Assembly (NCBI RefSeq): GCF_041956535.1
Contig: NW_027192202.1
Span: forward strand, 521,474-585,473
Direction of reading: 5' to 3'
Length of the DNA: 64,000 bases
Source of the DNA: Calcarisporiella thermophila CBS 279.70
Taxonomy: Eukaryota; Fungi; Calcarisporiellomycota
The translations under genes were made by a program, and so were the position numbers. Below are positions 39,476-53,333 of the stretch, piece after piece (positions within the stretch are counted from its first letter, which is position 1; each line of letters begins with the position of its first letter). Below the pieces are notes generated by a model. The model saw nothing but the letters and a program-made list of their open reading frames with translations, made no database searches and was not told where the DNA came from.

Positions 39476-41692
39476 TTAAGATATAGTGCAATCAGATCCT
39501 CTCGCGCCTTTCCGCCTCCGCTTTAATCGCTTGAGAGCCTCTTCGCCTTGTTTGCGTGAAATTGTCCCAATATCATGGCTCTTTAGACGTGTTCTCGCTG
39601 CTTCAATGCCATGATCAGCAGCCAACTGATAAAAACGTTGAGCAGCATCCAAGTTCACTTCACACCCGATTCCAAATTCGTATAGATGTCCCATTGCAAG
39701 CTCGCCTTCAGGTAATCCACCTTCCGCTGCTTTTCTTGCCCACTCAAATGCTAATGTCTCATCTCGCGCCATACCATTCACATCTTCCTCAAGATAGTAC
39801 CGCGATAGTCGAATCATTGCCTCCAGTTCTCCTAGTTCCGCTGCCTCTCGATAAAGCTCAAGTGCCCTTTCCGTATTCATTGGCCTTCCAAGTTCTCCTT
39901 TCTCCCATACTTGGGCCATTCTCAAAATTGCCGGCGGGTATCCCAAACTGGCGGCACGCATGAATTGGGAACAGGCTGCATCTGGATCCGGCATTGTGAA
40001 CTCATGAGGGATGGGTGTAGGGTATTCGTCTGCAAGGATTTGGCCAAGGACCCAGATTGGGAGAGGAAATTCGGCGGTCGCTGCACGGGCCGCCACTTTG
40101 AGGTATCCCATAGCAAACTTGTAGTTCTGTGTTTGCCTGAGAGATCCTTCGAGATGGACCATGGCTAGTTTCTAATTGTGTAAAAGAGTATAAGCAAGTG
40201 AGTATACAGAAATTCTGGACGAAAACCCTGGCTTACAAAATTTGCTCTTGCATCCCCCAGTGCGCCTGCCCGCTTATAATACGACATGGCTTTGGCAAAA
40301 TGACGCGTATTCTCGTAGAATTGTCCCAATTTGAAATTTGCAGCGGGGAAATTTTGCTTCGCAGCTGTGGAATAAAGTGCTTTGGCCCGTTCTGGTGATC
40401 GCAAATGTCGGAATAATCCTTTCTCATACCAAGTGCCTTTAATGAAGCAGGCCTCTCCGTATCCTTTGTTCGAGAGTTTGTCCACCCAATATATTGCCTC
40501 TTCCATCAGTTTCTCCCCCATCTCTTTCTTGTCGTCATCTTTGCATGCCGCATTGGCCTGTTCAATCAAATATTTGGCAAACGAGATCTGCACAGAAGGA
40601 TTATCAGTCTTTTTGGCCTGAGCACGATACAATTTGAGAGCTCCTTCTCCCATCAATAAAGTCGTGGATGAGGGGGATTGACCCACATCTAGACGCTGGC
40701 TACGGCGTTTGTCATTATATAGTCGTGATATCTCTCCTGTACTAAAGAGCGAAAGTGGGCGCGCTTTCTTGTCCTTTGTCTGCTGAATCTCCAAGTTCCT
40801 AAGATCGCGAGCAAGTCCAACCTCCAAATTCAGTGGGATGCTATGCCGTAAAGTCGAACCAGTTCCAACTCTGAATCGATCAGCACTGGTCATAGGAGGA
40901 GTAAATCTTCCTCCAGAAGTACGGTCAACCATTCCTAAATTACTGCTGCTGACTGTCAATTGAGTTTCTTGACTAGAGGAGCGAGGTAAGGACGAAGTAC
41001 TTTCCGATCCATCTAGCATTACAGCCCTATTATAATTATGTGAAGGCGGTAGAACTAGATAATCATGGGAGTAAGGATATTCATATCCATCCGACGGGGG
41101 ATGGCTCGGAACTTGGGTACTGCTAGGCTCAGAGTCATGCGATGTACTTCGCATCATGGTTGGGGGATAGAAGTTATCTCGGGCACTATATGAATAGGTC
41201 CCATAATAGTCTTCATTATAACAGGCTTCATTATTATATTGATCGTTGTCAAATCGGTCGTTCTCATATTGCTCGTTGTAATATTGTTCGTTGTAATATT
41301 GCTCATTATCATATTGCGCATTATCATATTGCGAAGTGTTATATTGTGCATCATTATATTGCTCACTACCAGAAGCCTCTCCAGCATCAGACTTTTTGTA
41401 ATATTCTTCACTATTATCTACTCGTTTTCATATGTTCTTAGTCTCACAGTATAAATCAGTAATATCTCTTGTCATAATTATCCTTACAATTAATGTCTTC
41501 GTTTTGTGTTGGATAAACGGTTACATTCTCGTCGCTGTTCCAATTTTCGGGGTCTTTTCTCCATCCCGCCTCATTGAGCTGCCTATACACATCTGGTCCA
41601 AGTATCTGTGCAATCTGGTCTCCAATATTCGATCCTTCACCTCTCACATCATCCTTATCCCTCCCAGTTGGAATTTTGCTACTGGAGCTCAT
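39476..41692 (-). CDS. Sel1-repeat protein, Chs4/Skt5 chitin-synthase-activator-like, paralog A (3 exons)
   Basis: LYRAQAKKTDNPSVQISFAKYLIE, Sel1 repeats (AFEWARKAAEGGLPEGELAMGHLYEFGIG), basic C-terminus with CaaX CTIS. Confidence 0.85.
41205..41368 (-). repeat. Imperfect 15-bp coding tandem repeat (QYxNE-type pentapeptide, ~10 copies)
   Basis: Translates EQYNDAQYNTSQYDNAQYDNEQYYNEQYYNEQYENDRFDNDQYNNEACYNEDYY, in frame with the 40165-41157 ORF. Confidence 0.85.
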
Positions 41693-42381
41693 AGGAATAT
41701 TATACGAGCATTACGCTGAAGCAACTGAAGAGAGTGATATCTATAAACAACCGTAGAACCGCTTTGTATGATTATTCGGGATAAATTGAAATGTGAACTA
41801 TTCGCCGTTTTACCTTGCAAAGTGGCCGTCAGCAAAATGAGTGGCGGTGGCTAATTAAGATCTTGGACTAATTTGACTCCTATCTTAGGAGAATTGGATT
41901 TCCTTAATCAGGAATATTAAATCAACAAACTCTTGGCTACCCATTTTCAATGTGACATAATGCTCGAATGCAAGGGGAACCTAGCGAGTGCAATGCGAGT
42001 CGAGTCACTTGAATTCATCGACACAATCCACACAATAAACTTGTTAACTCTACAAGTCAACACGTGCTGGTACATTTTCTCTACTAATCAAAATCTTACG
42101 TTTACACAGCGTTGTAATGCCCGCCTCAGGGCTTTTTTCGCTGCAATTCATTCAAAGGGGATTTAGCTCGACGCTAAATACAATATAAGGAGGAGAGTGC
42201 TCTAGGCAAGCGTTAATATTCTTTTACTTTATAGTTTTTAGGAATTCTAATAAGGTTATTTGTATACAGGTCAAATATTATATATCAAATGGGAGGTTAT
42301 ATCGCGAAATAGAAGGATGAATATAAATATGAATGATGGCAGAAATAGTGTAGATACAGAAATAAATATTGTGTTTCTGCA

Positions 42382-44455
42382 TTACGAAATTAGGCAATCA
42401 CTTGAGTTTTTCCCTTGACCTCGCCGCTTTCTTAGTCGTTCAAGTGCCTCCTCGCCCTGTTTTCTGGAGATAGTTCCAATATTTCGGCTCTTCACGCGTT
42501 GCTTAGCAGCCTCAACTCCATGTTCCGCCGCCAACTGATAGTATTTTTGGGCCGAGGATAAATCCATTTGGCAACCAATCCCAAATTCGTACATATGCCC
42601 CACCGCAAGTTCTCCTGATGGCAACCCGCCCTCGGCTGCGCGTCGCGCCCATTCAAAAGCAAGGTTCTCATCACGAGCAACCCCAGATGCTTCATCTGTT
42701 AGATAGTATCTTGATAACCACAGCATAGCGTTAGGCTCTCCTAGCTCGGCTGCATCTTTGTAAAATTGAAGCGCTTTGCCCTCATTAACACTCCGTCCAA
42801 ACTCTCCACGTTCGTAAACCTGGGCCACACGAGCAATCGCTGGAGGGTACCCTAAATCGGATGCGCGAGAAAAAAGCGAGCATGCCGCGTCTCCGTCCGG
42901 CAACGTGAATTCATGTGGGATGGGTGTTTCATATTCATCAGCAAGGATCTGTCCTAGCACAAATGCAGGAATGGGAAATTCTCGAGAGGCACCCCGCGCG
43001 GCCATTTTAAGGTATCCCATGCCCTGCTTATAGTTAATAGGTTGTTTAAGCTGTCCATTCAAATAAACCATGGCTAGTTTCTAATTACAAAGTAAAATTA
43101 ACCAAATGAATAAGATGATTACAAGAGATATCGTCAAATTACTTACGAAGCTGGCTTTGGCATCGCCCAGAGCGCTTGCACGGTTATAATATGTTATAGC
43201 CTTGGGGAAATATTTATTGTTCTCATAGAACTGGGCAAGTTTGTAGTTTGCTGCGGGAAAACCTTGTTTCACGGAAGAATTGTACAAGGATTTTGCCTTG
43301 TCCATTGATTGAGTATGACGGAATAAACCCATCTCATACCATGTTCCTTTGATATAGCATGCCTCGCCATGTCCCTTGGATGCTAAGCGATCTATCCAAT
43401 ACACTGCTTCCTCCATGAGCTTTTCTTCGCTCTCCTTTTGAGCAGGATCACGCCCTACAGAATTTACTTGCTCGATCAAGAATTTGGCAAAAGATATTTG
43501 CACAGTCGGGTCATCTGTTTTTTTCGCCTGCTCTCTATACAATTTTAATGCATTTTCGTCGGTAAAAAGCGTTGTCGAGGTAAGACTTTGATGGCGCATA
43601 TGGCTTGGTTTACGAGAGTTATTGTAGAGACGTGTGATTTCAATTGTGCTTACACGTGACGAGTCGAAGCTGCTAGTGCTTGTACGAGGTGAGGAGTTGA
43701 GACTGTTGTTCAAACTTGAAGGAAAATGCAGCTGATCAGTGGAGGTAGGGCGAGTATAGCTCTCTTCAGGATGAGGATATAAATCGTTGGCCGGCGATGC
43801 TTCAGGATAGGTATGTTGAATGGGTAAATGGCCATTTGGAATAAACTCTTGATTGGAATTGTCTTGAAGAATGGATGCTGTATCTAGATTTGGTTGTGCT
43901 GACTGCAATATACCATATTGGTGGGTGTGAGCTGAAGTGTCCGAACTGGGTTGGTTATCAGATGGCTGAATATGGCTGTCTGCATGGCCGTAATTGAATT
44001 CGGAAGAAGTATCATAAATTTCGAAGTTTGGTTGTTCATATTGTGGTTGTTGCTGAGAATGGCCTAAGGACATTTGTGAAAATGAGTACTCAATTGGGGC
44101 TGACGTTGACTCGGTTGGATTCTGATTTGAATTAGAAACCGCCGAGCTGCTGTAATGTGAGGAAAAGCCTACAGAAAGAATGAGTGAATAAAAGGCTCAG
44201 GTAAACTCAATTACATACACAATTCGGTTCACTCGACTACTCACTTTGGGGCGTTGGTTGCAAGGGGGTAGCACTATTGGTGGTATCGTTTACATTGCCC
44301 ATTGACTTAATGGTATTTGGATTGGAGGTGGTCCCATTGTGGCCAGCTGAGCCAGTCCAGCCTGCCTCCTGTAGCTGTTTATATGCTTCAGGGCCTAAAA
44401 GCATGGCAATCTGATCACCGATAGTTCCCGGCTGGGAACCTTTTGTTGCACTCAT
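42382..44455 (-). CDS. Sel1-repeat protein, Chs4/Skt5-like, paralog B (3 exons)
   Basis: Colinear with paralog A, same intron position before LAMV, CaaX CLIS. Confidence 0.85.
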
Positions 44456-45299
44456 TTTTTTTAGCTTATGGATTATGGCCTAAAGGAATCAAAATTCTTG
44501 GAGGTGCCAGAGAAAGGTTGCTCTGGAAAAGAATCTATTTCGAGTACTGGGTCGCAGCCACATTTCTCGGAAACCGAAAGGTTATTCTATGGTGAAAACC
44601 AAGGCTTGGACCTTTTTTTATATCCCCTCGAGGCACACATTAGCCACCTATTGGTCAAATCGCTTGAGAGCCATCAGTACTGTTAGCACTCAGACTCGAG
44701 AGCCATACAGGGCTGCCTACTGATTCAGTGTACGGAATTCCGCGAGGATGGCGCTTGGCAGCCAGCTTTGTCAATCCAGTGTCTGAATGAGTTGGAATAA
44801 GAATGCCTACGACTGTACAGAGTGAGATACTCTCCATGCAATCAGCTATGCGCTAATTGAGGGATTAATTTGTACTCCACGTGAATTTATGAGAAAACCG
44901 TCGTGCTGATGATCAATAATAGAGACTGGGTTTTGATGCTGCTTCATCTAACAAAAACAGATTGAGAATTGGATGCTTCGGTTTAGAAGCGCCCTGCTCA
45001 TATCCTTGTCCCAGAGAAGGGGAGAAAACTATTGCTGATGTCTTCAGGGATATTCTATCGCAAATGGTGCAATTATAAGCCTCCACCCAATCAGAGGTCG
45101 TATCTGCTGGTAATTGAATAGGTTTTCGAGCCCAAATAGTAGGAGAGTATGAATCTCCTCGTATGAATATGCAAGACCCGCTTGTAACACCCATCGATCG
45201 AATCCGATTGCGAGCCACCCGTCAATTTTCTTAAACCCTCTTTTGCATATTCCTCTCTCTTCTTTCCTCCAAAGATATCCTGTTAGAATTCCTATCAAC

Positions 45300-46900
45300 A
45301 TGATGGCAACTACAGATAACGCTTTGCTCGATTCAGCCGATTCCGGCGTGGACATACAATCCTTGGCTGAGAAGGAACCGGCTACGGAGAGCAAACTGAA
45401 AATGGTGCTTTCCCTCCTTACAAAATTCATCGGAGTCAAGGACATGGCTGCAATGCAAGTGTCAATGGCATTCTTAGGCGACCTGTGCTTCCAACTAATA
45501 CTTGTCTCCTTTGATAGTCGGCTCTCTCTGCCCACACAGCTACTCGAGCCTATTCCCAACCTTGAATATTGGAACTATAATGATAGGTATTTAGTACTTT
45601 GCCCTGAATGCATGCAATTGCGAAATCATTCCCACGTCTATTCTCTTGTTTTAGGCCTGACTACCTTGCTTGTATAAATGAGCCAGACGATTCTGTAGAG
45701 AGGTTTTTGGCAGCAATCCGGTGGTGGTTCTCCAAAGATTTGAAGTTTGTGGTAATAATCCCCTACTTATTTCCATGATATTTCCCTAATTTGACACCTA
45801 TGCATGCACGGCTCTTGAGCAGAAAGGAAATGTTGTTAAAGCATATAATTCTATTCTGGGGGAGCAGTTTCACTGTTCGTGGGCGGTCAACTATCCCTCA
45901 TTCTCTCCTACTGGCAACCCAGTCTATCAGGACCACTCGCTTAATTCCGGGCAGGAGCCCCCCAGCGATAGCAAGCGCGCTGTCATCCATTGCCTCATTG
46001 AGCAGACTTCTCATCACCCGCCAGTCTCTAACTTTTGCTATTGGTGTGAAGACAACTCCGTTCTTGCTTATGGAGTTGACCAGATTAGTGCAAGGTTCAC
46101 GGGCACGGCTGTAAAAATCTCTGCAGGAGAGCAGAATAAGGGCATCTATGTCCGACTGCCCAAACGCGATGACGAAGAATACCACATGACCCATCCCGTA
46201 GCCTCTATTCATGGATGGATGAAAGGATCGCTTTACATTACTGTGTCCGAAGCCTGCGTGGTGACCTGCCCTAAGACAGGGCTCAAGGCTGTGCTCGAGT
46301 ACAAAGAGGAGCGTTGGTTCAATAAGCCCAAGTTTCAAGTGGAAGGTGTCGTATTCCGCTACGATCCCACAAATGAATCCGACCTTGCAATCAATAGGAT
46401 CAAGCAAATACCGAAGAGCCAGCAAATCATTTGTCGATTAAAAGGTAGCTGGCGGGGAGAAATTTGGGTCGAATTCGAAGAGAAGGAAAAGCGATTGCTT
46501 ATCGACATGGAGGCCTTGCAAGTGGTACCCAAGACGGTGCGCCCGATCTCTGAACTCGGTCCTTGGGAATCAAGGAGGTGAGCCATTAAACATTAGCTCT
46601 GCATATTTTGGAGATGTCTACCATTCTAACATTGATGCTTTGCAAACATTCAGGGTTTGGAAAGACGTGACAAATAATATTCTCGCTAAAGATTTTTCTA
46701 AGGCTACAAAGGCCAAAATCGAGATAGAAGAGCGACAACGTGCTCGTGCTGCCGCACGTAAAGAGCAAGGTGTTGAACATGTGCCCTATTTCTTCCATTT
46801 GCCCGTAAGGGATGGCAGGCCTGAGCTTACTCCCGCCGGAAAGGAGGTACTTTTTGGAAAAAACGTTGAAATATTGAAAAACTGGGAGACAGCTCCTTAA
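45300..46900 (+). CDS. Short oxysterol-binding protein (ORD-only)
   Basis: RLSLPTQLLEP, KAYNSILGEQFHC, signature EQTSHHPP, PWESR/RVWKDVT, KIEIEERQR. Confidence 0.92.
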
Positions 46901-47213
46901 ATAAGTAGCACATTTGAGTTTGTTTTATTCCATTGTCGTTGTATATTGATATCATTGCACATACTTGTATGCAATTCCCATTTATTTGCTTCGTCTTGTC
47001 GTGGTTACTTGAAGAAAATTGTTCGTGATTACATTCTCATTTCACATTGTACCAAGCGAAATAATATATATCTTTGTTATTCATTCAAGGGTATGTCTCA
47101 CTCTAAATGGCCAGTGAAAATATCTATGATGTCTTTATTATATATATTTTTGCTATTTACAAAAAGCATGTGTGCAGTGAACATCATTTAAATTTGTCCA
47201 TTGCATAGTTCTC

Positions 47214-47882
47214 TTAATTTATAGGTCTGCCTTCAAAGTCATTCCCTTCACCATCTTCCTCTTCTTCGCTGCTCTCAAACTCGTTATTATTGGAGAGCAT
47301 TACTATAGATGGCTGCTCATTTTTATCTGTTGCTCCGCCTTTCTCCCCTGGCTTGATATTAATATCATTATCAGATATCTCCTGTGGCAGGTCAAAAACA
47401 CCTAGCCCTAAATTCTAAAATGAAAGAGAAGGTTAGAACCCCCGGTGTAGAGAGCCTAAAAGAGACTGAAGTACCATTTCTATGTATCCCTCAGCGTTTT
47501 CGTCAATCTGCTCAATATCTAGTTTATTCGGATCATCTTTTACCTGCTTTTCAAGCTGTTCGTTGGCTGATGCCAACTCAGGAATAAAAGCTTGTAGGCG
47601 AGAAAGTACTAAATAAAAAGTAGACAAGGTTAGCGTGCCCATTCAAAATGGGGTAGGTTCAACAGAATTGCATACATTCAGAGGGAGGCTCAAACTTGAA
47701 ATTGGGCTTTTCTTTCCTGGTTTCATTGGTTGGAGCAGGTCGCAGTAACTCGGCTGCAAGAATTATTGTATAAATTTACTTGCCTACTATATTGAATTGA
47801 AATATCAATTACCTATTTTTTCTTCTTTTGTTTGGATATCGAGCAGCTCCTTTGATCGTATAGGGGTTTTCTTGTCTGACAT
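47214..47882 (-). CDS. DUF4598 / NOPCHAP1 (C12orf45)-like protein
   Basis: LSRLQAFIPELASANEQL..LDIEQIDENAEGYIEM/NLGLGVFD matches the family pattern I recall. Confidence 0.8.
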
Positions 47883-48025
47883 GATGGTAAAGATTGTTTT
47901 GTAGGGTGCTAAAGTGGAGAGTTATTTTCGAGTGTGGCGAGCTGCGCTTCTGCAGTCACATTAAATTATCAAAGGGAACCTCTATTCGAGCGATCATATT
48001 GCAACGGCGAATTTTATTAAACGCG

Positions 48026-49745
48026 ATGGATCCTGTACAATTACCACAAGAGGAGGTATTATCCCTTATTGTAGGGTAACTAAACTATCTGCATCTATCA
48101 CTTTTTATTTGATATTAATCTAATATAATTCTTATGATTTTTTTATACACCGCGTTTCGTCTCAAGACAATTAGCATCCTATGGTTACTCGCAACTTGCA
48201 CAATTAGTTGCAGAACAGACTGGCATCACAATCGATTTGATGCCTAATAATAAACTTTCAGAATGGTTATATCTCGGAAAAGAACAATATTCTGGTATGC
48301 TATGCATTTTGGTCCGAAATGGATATTATTGAATTTACAAGTGCACGATGCTCTTTTATAGATTACGACGATGATGATAACCGTTCAATTGAGGACATTA
48401 ACGGGCAGGATTACAAGGCAGAAGATATTGAAAGCAAAGATAATTTACTCGACAATGTAGCAGATCAGTCAATAGGTAAAATGAAGTAGTTTAAACGTGC
48501 ATATAGCTTATCCTAACTATTTTGGTCAACTTACTAAACAGCACCAAAACCACTCCCCTACTATCAACAACTATATTACACTCAACACCGTGGTCCCTGT
48601 CGTACCGCCGCTTTTTCTCGTGATGGCAGGCTTGCCGCAACAGGCAGCGCGGATAGTACGATCAAAGTGCTTGATGTTGGGCGCATGAAGCGTAAATCGG
48701 ATGATAATGAGAAGCCTGTCATTCGAACCTTTTATGACCATACTGCACCAATCAAGGATGTCAGTTTTCACCCAAATGGTGCGGTATTAGCATCTTGCTC
48801 TGAAGATATGACCATCAAGCTCTTTGATTTAAAGAAAAAAGGGACAAAGAGATCTTTTCGGCACATCCAGGTACATACTATTCATCTCCGCTTAAGATCT
48901 AAATACACTGCTAGAGAATCATCCGTTTTATAGGAGTCTCATACACCTAATTCAATTCACTTTCATCCCTCTGGGGACTATCTTGTTTCTGGAACAGACG
49001 ATGTAGTTGCACGAATCTATGATGTAAAAACGATGCAATGCTATATACCTTCCACAAGCAGAATAGATTCCCACCAAGGGCCAATCAATTATGTAGGTTT
49101 TTGTATAATATTTTTTTTTTCTTTTTTATACTATCTAATCTGCCATGCGCTTTCTTTAGGTGCGTTATTCACACAATGGAGCTACTTTTATCACCGCTTC
49201 TTCTGATGGATCCGTTAAGCTCTGGGACACAGTCTCCGGGCGCTGTGTTCGCACCTTCGAACATGTTCATAAGGGGCGTCCTGTTTCTAGCGCACAAATT
49301 TCGAAGAATGGAAAGTATGTACTCACCGCTGGAAAAGATTCCACCGTAAGGCTGTGGGAAGTTGCAACCGGGCGATCAATGTTAGAATATGTGGGCGGAA
49401 AGCATAGTAGAGAAAGTCTAAGAGTTGCATTTACGTGGAATGAAGATTATGTGCTCGCAGGAGATGATTCAAGCAATTCCGTATTTTGCTGGGATGCGCG
49501 AACGGGAGTGTTTCTTAAGCGAGTTCAAGGTAGCAGCGGAAATCGTCTATAATTATATTGCATTCTTTTTTTTAAAATAATATGATCTAATCGTAGGTTT
49601 TAATAACACGGTGCGGTGTATTGCAACTTCTCCAGTTGATGGAGGATTCCTTGCATGCAGTGAAGATTTTCGCGCTCGATACTTCGTTTTATCCACTGGT
49701 CCTGATGCAGGTCCTGGTGGAGAGTCTTCCGTGAAGGATACATAA
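48026..49745 (+). CDS. CSTF1: Cleavage stimulation factor 50-kDa subunit (WD40)
   Basis: N-terminal dimerisation helix LIVG/[80 protein letters not shown]. Confidence 0.88.
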
Positions 49746-50024
49746 AATAAAGTATTTACTCGACTTACTAAATTAATTTATTGGATTTTTCTTTCTTGAG
49801 AACACATTGTGATAAAAAAAAACGAGAAATCCCTAAGAGGAATTTAAATATTTTGGGGAAATTCTGCGAGCCAAAAATGAAGCAGGAATTGACAGCCTGA
49901 GAGCGGAACCAAAAGAAAAAAAACTACCGTTCAGGCTTCGTTTCCCTCGAGGTCACCCTATATATCCCCATTCAAAACTAATTATCCACATTCTTCATTA
50001 TTATTTATTGCGATCAAGAATTAC

Positions 50025-52949
50025 ATGAGTTCTCTTGGAAATACCTCTTCAGATTCTGACAGCGAGAATTTCTATGATGCCAGTGAGGTGCCTATCTCAT
50101 CTACTCCTCTACCCCCCTCTTCTCCACCAATCGTTGTCGAATCTATTGAGACTGGCATTCCGGAATTAAAGATTACTGACGTGGACTTGGGTGAGGAACG
50201 CGATCTTCATATCAGTTCCACTTCAACGGGAGATGAAAGAATAGAAAACTCTGAGGGTTAGTTTTTTCTTTATTCGTGTTAAATAGCGAAGAGAAAGGCG
50301 GAAAGCATAATCGGTCTCCAAGGAAAACACTTTTGTTAAAATTGACTCTATGACTTAGATTCCTCTCCGAAATGGTTCAGCTATCGATGGCAACGAAACA
50401 AGAATAAATCCCTGCGTATGGCCACTACTGTTACGCCTTCGATATCACATTCCGAGCTACCCTCATCTTCACGAGAGAAATTACATTCTTTTTCGGCATC
50501 AGTCTCACGCAAAGATGAAAATGGTAATGCGGAATTATCTGCACACGAGAGGCCACTAAGAAGAATTGCCTCGCAGCCAGAAGTGAAAGCTGAAACCAAC
50601 CTGACCGAAAGTCGATTTGAGAGTGAAGCAAGCATATCGAGTGAAAATTTCGAGGAGCCGGAAGCAGGTGGAGAGAGACCAAAAATGGGGAAGAAAAAGT
50701 AGACTATTACAATAGATACATTGTTTTTCAGTGCACTTTTGTGACTATACGTTCTTTATATATTTGAATAGGCGTTCGCTTTCATTCTTCAGTCGAATGA
50801 AGCCTCTGTTCTTCAGATCTAAAGACGAGAAGAAAGATGACGAGGGGGAAGGAGGGAAAAGGGGGAGGCATGAACCAAGATTGAATGCATCGGAAGTAAG
50901 CTCATCAATACTGCCTAGTGAGATTCGAGGAGATGATTTACGAGCACGATATATTAAGGTGAATTGTTTGTCTTTTTTTTCTTCAAGCTAATGAAGGCTA
51001 ACCCGTCATATTTTATGTTTCCAAAAGGTAAAAACCAAAAACAAACGAAACAAGCACTTCAACAGACTTTTCCTTGCCCAAGAGTTATTTCTTCCTCCGC
51101 AAAGAATTCGCACACGATCACAGTCTGTGGGTGAGACGGCTCCAAATCAAAAATCATCATCCTCAAAAAAATCCACCCAATCTATGCCAGGGGGCGCAAT
51201 ATGGGCACTACGTTTTAACAAAGACGGGAAATATCTTGCGGTTGGAGGACAGGACCGTGTGGTTCGAATATGGAGAGTTCTGATGGAAAACGATCCAGTA
51301 AACACTGCAAGAAGCAAAGCTCCCATTTTCTTAGATGAGCCAATTCGAGAGTACAGGGGACATACTGCAGATATATTGGACCTGAATTGGTCACGGAATA
51401 ATTTTTTGTTATCGAGCTCCATGGATAAAACGGTACGATTGTGGCATATTTCCCGGCCCGATTGTTTAGTTTGTTTTCAGCACTTAGATTTTGTTACTTC
51501 GGTAGCATTTCATCCAAAGGTAATTAACTGATTGAACGAGGCAATAGGCCCATATTATCGATCTATTTCCTTCTATTTCAGGATGATCGCTTTTTCTTGT
51601 CCGGCTCACTTGACTGCAAATTACGTCTGTGGAATATACCCGAAAAGAAGGTCGCGTTCTGGAATGAGCTTCCCGAAGGCAATTTTGTGACCGCAGTTGG
51701 CTTTACTCTTGATGGCCGCCTCGCTGTGGCCGGCTCCTACCTTGGCCTGTGCCTTTTTTATGAAACAGAAGGCCTTAAATATCACACCCAGATTTCAGTG
51801 AGCGGAGATAGGCGCCGTCTTGGTAAAGGTAAAAAAATCACCGGTATTGAGGCGATGCCCAGAATGAAGGCAGGCGAGGAGAAATTACTGATTACCAGTA
51901 ATGACTCGAGGATTCGACTCTATAATGTACGAGATAAGAGCCTGGAATACAAATACAAGGGGCTAGAAAACTCAAGCAGCCAAATTCGAGCTTCCTTTAG
52001 CGATGATGGGCGACACGTTATCTGCGGATCTGAAGACAGATATGTACACGTGTGGGAGGCCGAGCAAGCAATATATTCCGGCAATGGTGAAGGGAGCTGG
52101 GATGCAATGAGTGTGGTTGATAGTTTGGCAGAGTCTATGGATGCATCATCGGTGGCGGACAGTCGCGAAGAAAATGGTGGGGGCGCCTCGTCTATTGGTA
52201 GCGGATGGCTGAAAAAGGGAGTTCCAGGGAGTGAAAGTTTCGAAACCGGAGGGCCTACTGTTACATGTGCTGTATTCGCTCCCGCGAGAACCCGTCTCCA
52301 TCTAGCACGAATGGGAGATCCTGTTTTCACCTACACGATCCCCCCTCCCACCTCCCCTGCCTCTGCTATGTGGGATGCCGCGAGCGTCTCAAGTAGTCTA
52401 AACGGATTAGGAGGAGGTACCAACTTCACGTTTCCAGATGGAAATATTATTGTCACCGCAGATAATCTGGGTGTAATACGTGTGTATCGTAATGACTGCG
52501 GGATTTATCCATCTCGCCCATCTGTTGACAACAGTGATACTGTCAGTGTAAGAAGCAGTCGGAGCAGGAGGAGCTTGTTTTGGCTGAAGAATTCAAGCTC
52601 TATGAGTGTCACATCGAATACGAGCACACCAAACGGAAGTGGTATGATTGGGCGGCGCCCTCGTTCGGAAAAATCAGCTGTGACTACGTCGACAACAGGG
52701 ACGTGGAAAGATGAGAGAAGAAAAGGTGACGTTTATGTGGACGAGGTTGGCGAGCTGAAAGGAGAGGGCGGCGTGGAGAAGAGCCTGTGTTTGAAATGCC
52801 CTTCGTGCGGAGGAACCAGATTTGAGTCGGTACTTCCGGTGGACTCGGAAGAGGAAGGCGGGGACCGCGACAAAATATCGGTTGGAGAGAGAAGGAGGCA
52901 GTTCATGTTGGTGTGCATGGCATGCCAACGACCTGTACAGAAGTCTTAA
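50025..52949 (+). CDS. WDR44/Rab11BP-like (Dgr2/YMR102C-like) WD40 protein
   Basis: GAIWALRFNKDGKYLAVGGQD, YRGHTADILDLNWSRNNFLLSSSMDKTVRLWH, FHPKDDRFFLSGSLDCKLRLWNI, LLITSNDSRIRLY. Confidence 0.92.
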
Positions 52950-53333
52950 TCATTTTTTAATCTAACCTCCCTTTCTATTAATTTTATTTAGTTTTTTATT
53001 TAGTTCTCTCTTTGCTGAGCACTTATTGTTCTTTTTTGGTTTCCTGCTGGACTGAGTTATCTTTTGGTTATTTGCTAATTAAATTTCTTCTATATACATG
53101 TTGTTCAATCATATTCATAATATTACGCATTTATATTATTTTCCTCCTATATATGCTTGGATCATCCTTGTTGTTCTGGCCCCCGGCTTCTTCTAAGCAT
53201 TTTTTTAAATAGTACATTTGTTTAACCCGATCGATCTAATGGAACTATTTTACTTGAAACATCAACCTATTCGATTCTTTAATTTCCAATGATGCCCGCA
53301 ATTTCAGTCAATTATTTTTTTTTCCACGTCGGC

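Noticed and set aside
25038-44455. Possible cell-wall/polarity gene cluster (GBD protein, CE4, two Chs4-like genes)
   Set aside because: Interleaved with unrelated housekeeping genes; no shared motif seen
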